Shown here: positions 59,681-64,000 of the stretch, piece by piece
Position numbering within the stretch: the stretch's first letter is position 1
Layout: each line of letters starts with the position of its first letter
Assembly (NCBI GenBank): GCA_965223705.1
Contig: OZ245015.1
Location: 2,240,001 to 2,304,000 of the forward strand
DNA from: Myxococcota bacterium
GTDB taxonomy: Bacteria > Myxococcota_A > UBA9160 > UBA6930
Direction: 5' to 3'
Length of the DNA: 64,000 nt
Translations under genes and position numbers: made by a program
Notes under the pieces: model-generated
What the model was told of the DNA's origin: nothing
Databases searched by the model: none
The model's input: the letters and a program-made list of their open reading frames with translations, nothing else

Positions 59681-60622
59681 TCATCCAAAGTGGACGGCCG
59701 AGATATGCGCGTCCATCACGACGTCGCGGTAGGGCGACGACCCGACGTCATCACCCGCAGCGCCGGCGCAGACGTGGAGGGGGATCAGATGCTCCTCGCG
59801 CGGGTGGCACGCGCGAGCCGCCGGCGCCCTCTCCCATGCAGCGAGTCTCGCGTCGCGCGCGCTGGGTTCGAGACCAGCGGTTTCCGCGAGCCAATCGTCA
59901 AAGGCTTTCGATTCCGCGCGTGGCGACGGGCTGCCGCGCACACCAGCCATGAGCCCGTCCATGTTGTGGTAGCTCATGCCGCTTCCGACGATGAAAAGCC
60001 CCTGCTCCCGCAATGGCTCGAGAGCACGACCGATCTCCAAGTGCTCGGACGGATCGAGTCCCGCTTTGAGCGAGAGCTGCAACGTCGGGACGTCGGCCTC
60101 GGGGAACATGAGCTTCAGCGGAACGAACGTCCCGTGGTCGAAGCCTCGAGACGGATCTTCACCGCTCGCAATGCCGGCCCGCTCGAGAAGGCCCCGAATC
60201 TCGCTTGCAATCTCGGGAGCGCCCGGAGCCGGCCAGGTCACCTCGTAGGCCTCCGGCGGGAAGTTGTAGTAGTCGTAGAGAAGAGGCGGGCGCTGCGCGG
60301 TCAGTACCGTCGGTATTTCCTCTTCCCAGTGAGCTGAAATGACCAGCACGGCTCGAGGTTTACGCTGTGGAACCGAAGGCAGCTCTTTCATATAACGCGC
60401 CATCCGGTCCCACATCCCCGCCGGGCCCAGGAGAGGCTCGTTGACGAAGGGCCACGGTCCCCCTCCATGGGGCAAAAAGACCACCGGCATTCGTTCTTTG
60501 GGGCTCACCGTTTCTCCCTGTGAAGCGGCGGCGTAACCCGGTGAACGAGCGCCGCTCACCGCTCCCGCCGCGAGGAGGCCGGCTCCTTGGAGGGCCTGCC
60601 GGCGCGTCAGTGTAGGACGCAT
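59681..60622 (-). CDS. DODA/LigB-type class III extradiol dioxygenase with Tat signal
   Basis: TRRQAL twin-arginine leader; FLPHGGGP, ISAHWE, GFDHGTFVPL, GSGMSYHN, HPREEHLIPL. Confidence 0.9.
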   Translation of the reverse strand: MRPTLTRRQALQGAGLLAAGAVSGARSPGYAAASQGETVSPKERMPVVFLPHGGGPWPFVNEPLLGPAGMWDRMARYMKELPSVPQRKPRAVLVISAHWEEEIPTVLTAQRPPLLYDYYNFPPEAYEVTWPAPGAPEIASEIRGLLERAGIASGEDPSRGFDHGTFVPLKLMFPEADVPTLQLSLKAGLDPSEHLEIGRALEPLREQGLFIVGSGMSYHNMDGLMAGVRGSPSPRAESKAFDDWLAETAGLEPSARDARLAAWERAPAARACHPREEHLIPLHVCAGAAGDDVGSSPYRDVVMDAHISAVHFG

Positions 60623-60630
60623 CGCCTCGC

Positions 60631-61284
60631 TCAGTCCCGCCCGAGCGCCGCGAGATACTCCGCGATATTGCCCTCGTTCAAGTCGGTGTGGAAGGGATCG
60701 AGGTGTGGGTCCGATTGCCAGACGTACTCGGTCATGCGCGCTACGCCTTCAGCCCGTTCGCGCCCGTAGAGCTTGGAAATGACCCCGAGCGCCATGTCCG
60801 TGCCAGCGGAGACGCCCGACGATGTGACGAACGGGCCGTCCTCGACCCAGCGCGCTTCCTCCACCCAGTCGACACGATCGCTTTGGCTCGAAGCGAGATT
60901 GAAGAACAGCTTGTTGGAGGTGGCCTTCCGCCCGTCGAGGACGCCCGCTTTCGCGAGAAGCGCCGATCCGGAGCAAACCGACATCGTGACCTCCGCCCGC
61001 GCCGAGCGCGCCCGCAAGAACCCGAGCAGTGCCTCGTTCTCGAGCTCGGGCATCGTTCCGATGCCCCCTGGCAGGAGGATCAGGTCGAGGTCGGGACAGT
61101 CGGAAAAGCTGTGCTCGGCGAGCGTGGCCGGGCCTTGGGTCGAGCGGACGGGGCCGGCGCGCTCCGCCACGGTGACGATCCGGAGATCTTTCCCGAGGCT
61201 CCCGAACATCTCGAGTGGGCCGTAGTAGTCGAGAAGCTCGAAGTCGTTGTAAAGAATGGCACCGAGGGTTCTTGTGTCGGGCAT
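60631..61284 (-). CDS. DJ-1/PfpI family protein (InhA/isonitrile hydratase-like)
   Basis: FELLD..GP.E, LPGGIG, SVCSGS, TSSGVSAGTD; GGAGG RBS before MPDTRT. Confidence 0.9.
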   Translation of the reverse strand: MPDTRTLGAILYNDFELLDYYGPLEMFGSLGKDLRIVTVAERAGPVRSTQGPATLAEHSFSDCPDLDLILLPGGIGTMPELENEALLGFLRARSARAEVTMSVCSGSALLAKAGVLDGRKATSNKLFFNLASSQSDRVDWVEEARWVEDGPFVTSSGVSAGTDMALGVISKLYGRERAEGVARMTEYVWQSDPHLDPFHTDLNEGNIAEYLAALGRD

Positions 61285-61295
61285 GGGGCCTCCAG

Positions 61296-62897
61296 CTATC
61301 CACCCCGCAGCTCGAGACGCACGATCTTCGGGACCGCGTCGGGCATCGAGGAGTACGTGGTCCAGATGTCGCCAGACTCGGGGTGGATTGCGATGTGACG
61401 AGGATAGCCGGGCTCGGTTGGGAACGGGTAGACGTCGCGACGCTTCGTTTCGGGGTCGAAGCGGATGAGCGCACTTCCGAGAGCCGAGGCCACCCACACG
61501 TGGCCCGTGCGCGGATCCACCTCGACGTCGTACGGCCCGAGGGTGGATTCGCCGAGGGCATACCGCTCGAAGGCGTTCGTCTCTGGATCGAAGCGCGCCA
61601 ATCCGCCCGTGTTGAACTCGGGGATCCAGATCGCGCCGTCGGGGCCAACGCCGGGACGCCGGGGGCCAGCGTTTTCGACCGGCATGGCGTAGAGGTGCGA
61701 GTCTTGGCTCTCGGGGTCGAATCGAAACAGCTGGTTGGCCGCCAACATCGTTCCCCACACGATGTCGCGCGCATCCACTTGGAGCCCGTAGAGGAGCGGT
61801 AGCCCTTCCCCGTCCTCCATCACGTCGCCGGGAATGTCGGTGACGGTCACCTCGCCGTTGCTCGGGTCCATCATGCCGATTCGTTTCGCCGCGGAGAGGT
61901 AGTCGTTGAACCAGAGACGACCCTTCGAATCGATTTCGATGCTGTGGGGGTACATCCCGACGGGGAACGTCTTCACCGCCCCATCGCTCACGTTGAGACG
62001 GACCAACGATTCTGTGCCGCCGAGCAACGTCCACAGTTCCCCATCGGGTCCGAAGGTGAGCGCACGGACTTGACCCATCACTTCGGGTTTCTCGTTCACA
62101 GGGAAGGTCTGCATCCGTCCACTCAATGGATCGAGGGCCCATACGGCGTTGTTGTAGAACGCCGTGATGTAGATGCGGCCGTCCGGGCCGACGACGAGAT
62201 CGTGCGGGAGAGACGGCGACTGCGGAACCGGATATTCAGTGAAGCGGGCCCTCCGTGCAGCGCCGGTCGCCGCGGGGCCGCGTGCCAACGTTTCGATCGC
62301 CGGTGGGGTCAAGTGCTGCGCGAGCCACTCGGCGTACGCGGCATCCTGAAAATCGGGAGGTGTGAGCCCGTACACGTCGATCGAACGCATCAGGGCGATC
62401 GCGGCGAGCCAGTCCGCTGCGGTCCGCGGGCGTCCCTCTCGCATGATCCGTCCATGGGCGATCTCGTGGCAACTCGCGCAATTGAGGATGAACTCCCGTT
62501 TCATCGGGCCTTCGGGGAGAAGGTCAAGCCACGCCGCGCTGGGTAGCCGTGCGCGGAAAGAGAGGTCGTCTTCCATGGCAAACGACAACGTGAGACGTGT
62601 GTCGACCCCGAGATCGCGGTTCGCCTCGGAAACGCGTTTCCCCGGCGCTTGCGCCCGTATCGCGTAGGCGGCAGGCCCGAGATCGTCGAGGTCGTAGCGT
62701 CCCTGTTCATCGGTGAACACGCTCGTCTCGATGCCCGTCGCGGCAGAGCGGGCCGTGACCGTCGCGCCGGCGATCGGAGCACCACCGGCGGTCACGCGTC
62801 CTTCAAGACCCGCCGCGTTTCCGGCCAGGGGAGCGCCGAGCGCGAGCGCCCAGAGGCACGGAAGGAGCGGTGAAAAAACCGAGCGGTGCAGTGCCAT
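61296..62897 (-). CDS. Exported carboxypeptidase-regulatory-like / cytochrome c / Vgb-like beta-propeller fusion protein
   Basis: Signal peptide; GATVTA...SVFTDEQGRY; NCASCH heme motif; repeated PHD..VGPDG.IY / PHSIEID..G.LW / RFDPET blades. Confidence 0.8.
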   Translation of the reverse strand: MALHRSVFSPLLPCLWALALGAPLAGNAAGLEGRVTAGGAPIAGATVTARSAATGIETSVFTDEQGRYDLDDLGPAAYAIRAQAPGKRVSEANRDLGVDTRLTLSFAMEDDLSFRARLPSAAWLDLLPEGPMKREFILNCASCHEIAHGRIMREGRPRTAADWLAAIALMRSIDVYGLTPPDFQDAAYAEWLAQHLTPPAIETLARGPAATGAARRARFTEYPVPQSPSLPHDLVVGPDGRIYITAFYNNAVWALDPLSGRMQTFPVNEKPEVMGQVRALTFGPDGELWTLLGGTESLVRLNVSDGAVKTFPVGMYPHSIEIDSKGRLWFNDYLSAAKRIGMMDPSNGEVTVTDIPGDVMEDGEGLPLLYGLQVDARDIVWGTMLAANQLFRFDPESQDSHLYAMPVENAGPRRPGVGPDGAIWIPEFNTGGLARFDPETNAFERYALGESTLGPYDVEVDPRTGHVWVASALGSALIRFDPETKRRDVYPFPTEPGYPRHIAIHPESGDIWTTYSSMPDAVPKIVRLELRGG

Positions 62898-62905
62898 TCC
62901 GTGAC

Positions 62906-63937
62906 CTAACGGAGATTCGGGAGGACTTCTTCCGCGAAGAGTGTCATCGACCGCCGACTCTTCGCCGGGTCGAGCCCGGGGAAGTGCATGCCGATCACCA
63001 GGTGGGTCATCCGCATCGACTTTGAGAAGCGCTCGAGTCCCGCGGCGACTTCGTCGGGGGTGCCGATGAGCGGTACGCCTGGGACGCTCTGATCGAGGGA
63101 TTCCCGCAGTTTGTCCGGCGCGGGAAGCGCCGCATCGGTGTCGGATTGGATCTTGTCGATCGAGTCGGAAGCTTCCGCCGCCCACTTCTGATACCAGAAG
63201 AGCAAGTGGTGGAGGTGTTCCTGGCAGTCTTCCCACGCCTGGTCGGTCGTCGGCGCGCAGTAGGCCCATTGAAGCTGTGTCGCGAAGAAATCCGCCGGGT
63301 CTTTTCCGAGGTCGGCCAGCATCTCGTCGTAGAGCTTTTGTCCATTGGGCTCGCTCACCCCGAGGAAGTGACAGCCCAACCGGGCCGCGCGGCGAACGGC
63401 TCGAGTGCCTCGGGCCCCGATCCAGATCGGCGGCGGGTCCTGCACGGGTCTCGGTTGCATCGCGAGGTCTTGGAATTTGTAGTGCTCGCCTTCGTATGAG
63501 AAGGATTCGTGACTCCACATCCCCTGGATCACTTCGACGCCCTCTTCCAGCAAGCTGCCCCGCTTCTTGCGGTCCACTTCGAAGTTCTCGAACTCGCTGG
63601 GCACATAGCCTTGTCCGAGCCCCAAGTCGAAGCGCCCGTTCGAGAGGATGTCGACGGTTGCCGCATCTTCGGCGACGTGCCTCGCGTCATGCAACGGCAG
63701 GAGCACCAGATACGTTCCGATCCGGATGCTCGAGGTGCGCGCGGCGAGCGTGCCTGCGATCGGCATCAGCGACGGGGAGTAGCCGTCGGGGCTGAAATGG
63801 TGCTCCGTAAGCCAGATGTTGTCGTAGCCGAGCCCCTCTGACAGAACGGCTTGGTCGAGCTGTTCCTCATAGAACGCGGCCCAGGGTTTTCGCCACTGGG
63901 GCGGGTTCCGGAAGGACCAGAGAAGGCCAACTTTCAC
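62906..63937 (-). CDS. LLM-class flavin-dependent oxidoreductase
   Basis: LGYDNIWLTEHHF..DGY.PS, AEDAATVDILSNGRFDLGLGQGY; GGAGGT RBS. Confidence 0.92.
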   Translation of the reverse strand: MKVGLLWSFRNPPQWRKPWAAFYEEQLDQAVLSEGLGYDNIWLTEHHFSPDGYSPSLMPIAGTLAARTSSIRIGTYLVLLPLHDARHVAEDAATVDILSNGRFDLGLGQGYVPSEFENFEVDRKKRGSLLEEGVEVIQGMWSHESFSYEGEHYKFQDLAMQPRPVQDPPPIWIGARGTRAVRRAARLGCHFLGVSEPNGQKLYDEMLADLGKDPADFFATQLQWAYCAPTTDQAWEDCQEHLHHLLFWYQKWAAEASDSIDKIQSDTDAALPAPDKLRESLDQSVPGVPLIGTPDEVAAGLERFSKSMRMTHLVIGMHFPGLDPAKSRRSMTLFAEEVLPNLR

Positions 63938-64000
63938 AAATCACCTCCGCTACGGGCCCACAACTGTAGTCCACCCAACGACACAATCTGTACCCCGCGC

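Noticed and set aside
61296..62897. Streptogramin resistance gene vgb
   Set aside because: Only fold-level resemblance; it is an exported multi-domain heme protein and catalytic residues were not verified

Overview
High-GC, gene-dense bacterial chromosomal window. The gene content resembles an uncultured Myxococcota/deltaproteobacterial-type heterotroph, which is an inference from content only. It holds about 55 protein-coding genes. No rRNA, tRNA, CRISPR array or mobile element was recognised. Oxidative-catabolism genes dominate: 4 luciferase-like (LLM) oxidoreductases, 2 Baeyer-Villiger-type FMOs (one frameshifted), 2 PhyH-type and 1 TauD-type Fe/2OG dioxygenases, a three-subunit molybdenum hydroxylase, 2 paralogous PQQ/heme-c quinohemoproteins lacking the vicinal Cys-Cys, and an exported KatG. 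The most interesting observations are: (1) a styrene-oxide-isomerase (StyC/SOI) homologue with no styAB in the window, in a tightly spaced operon with a ferritin-like diiron protein and a PhyH dioxygenase, a candidate new epoxide-forming/rearranging pathway; (2) a ~16.5 kb minus-strand operon (quinohemoprotein, degenerate BKACE, LLMs, Mo-hydroxylase, hydantoinase-like protein + DUF917, ABC-2 exporter); (3) a sigma54 activator with a pseudo-receiver, surrounded by three unknown genes that each carry a GG-N10-GC promoter and a similar upstream motif; (4) several normally cytoplasmic enzyme folds (VOC, DODA/LigB, SnoaL) carrying export signals. Two coding regions are missed or only partly shown by the ORF track: a PP2C phosphatase at the left edge and a decayed NodZ-like glycosyltransferase. 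Product calls come from motif recognition, not database searches. Many start codons were re-picked by hand.
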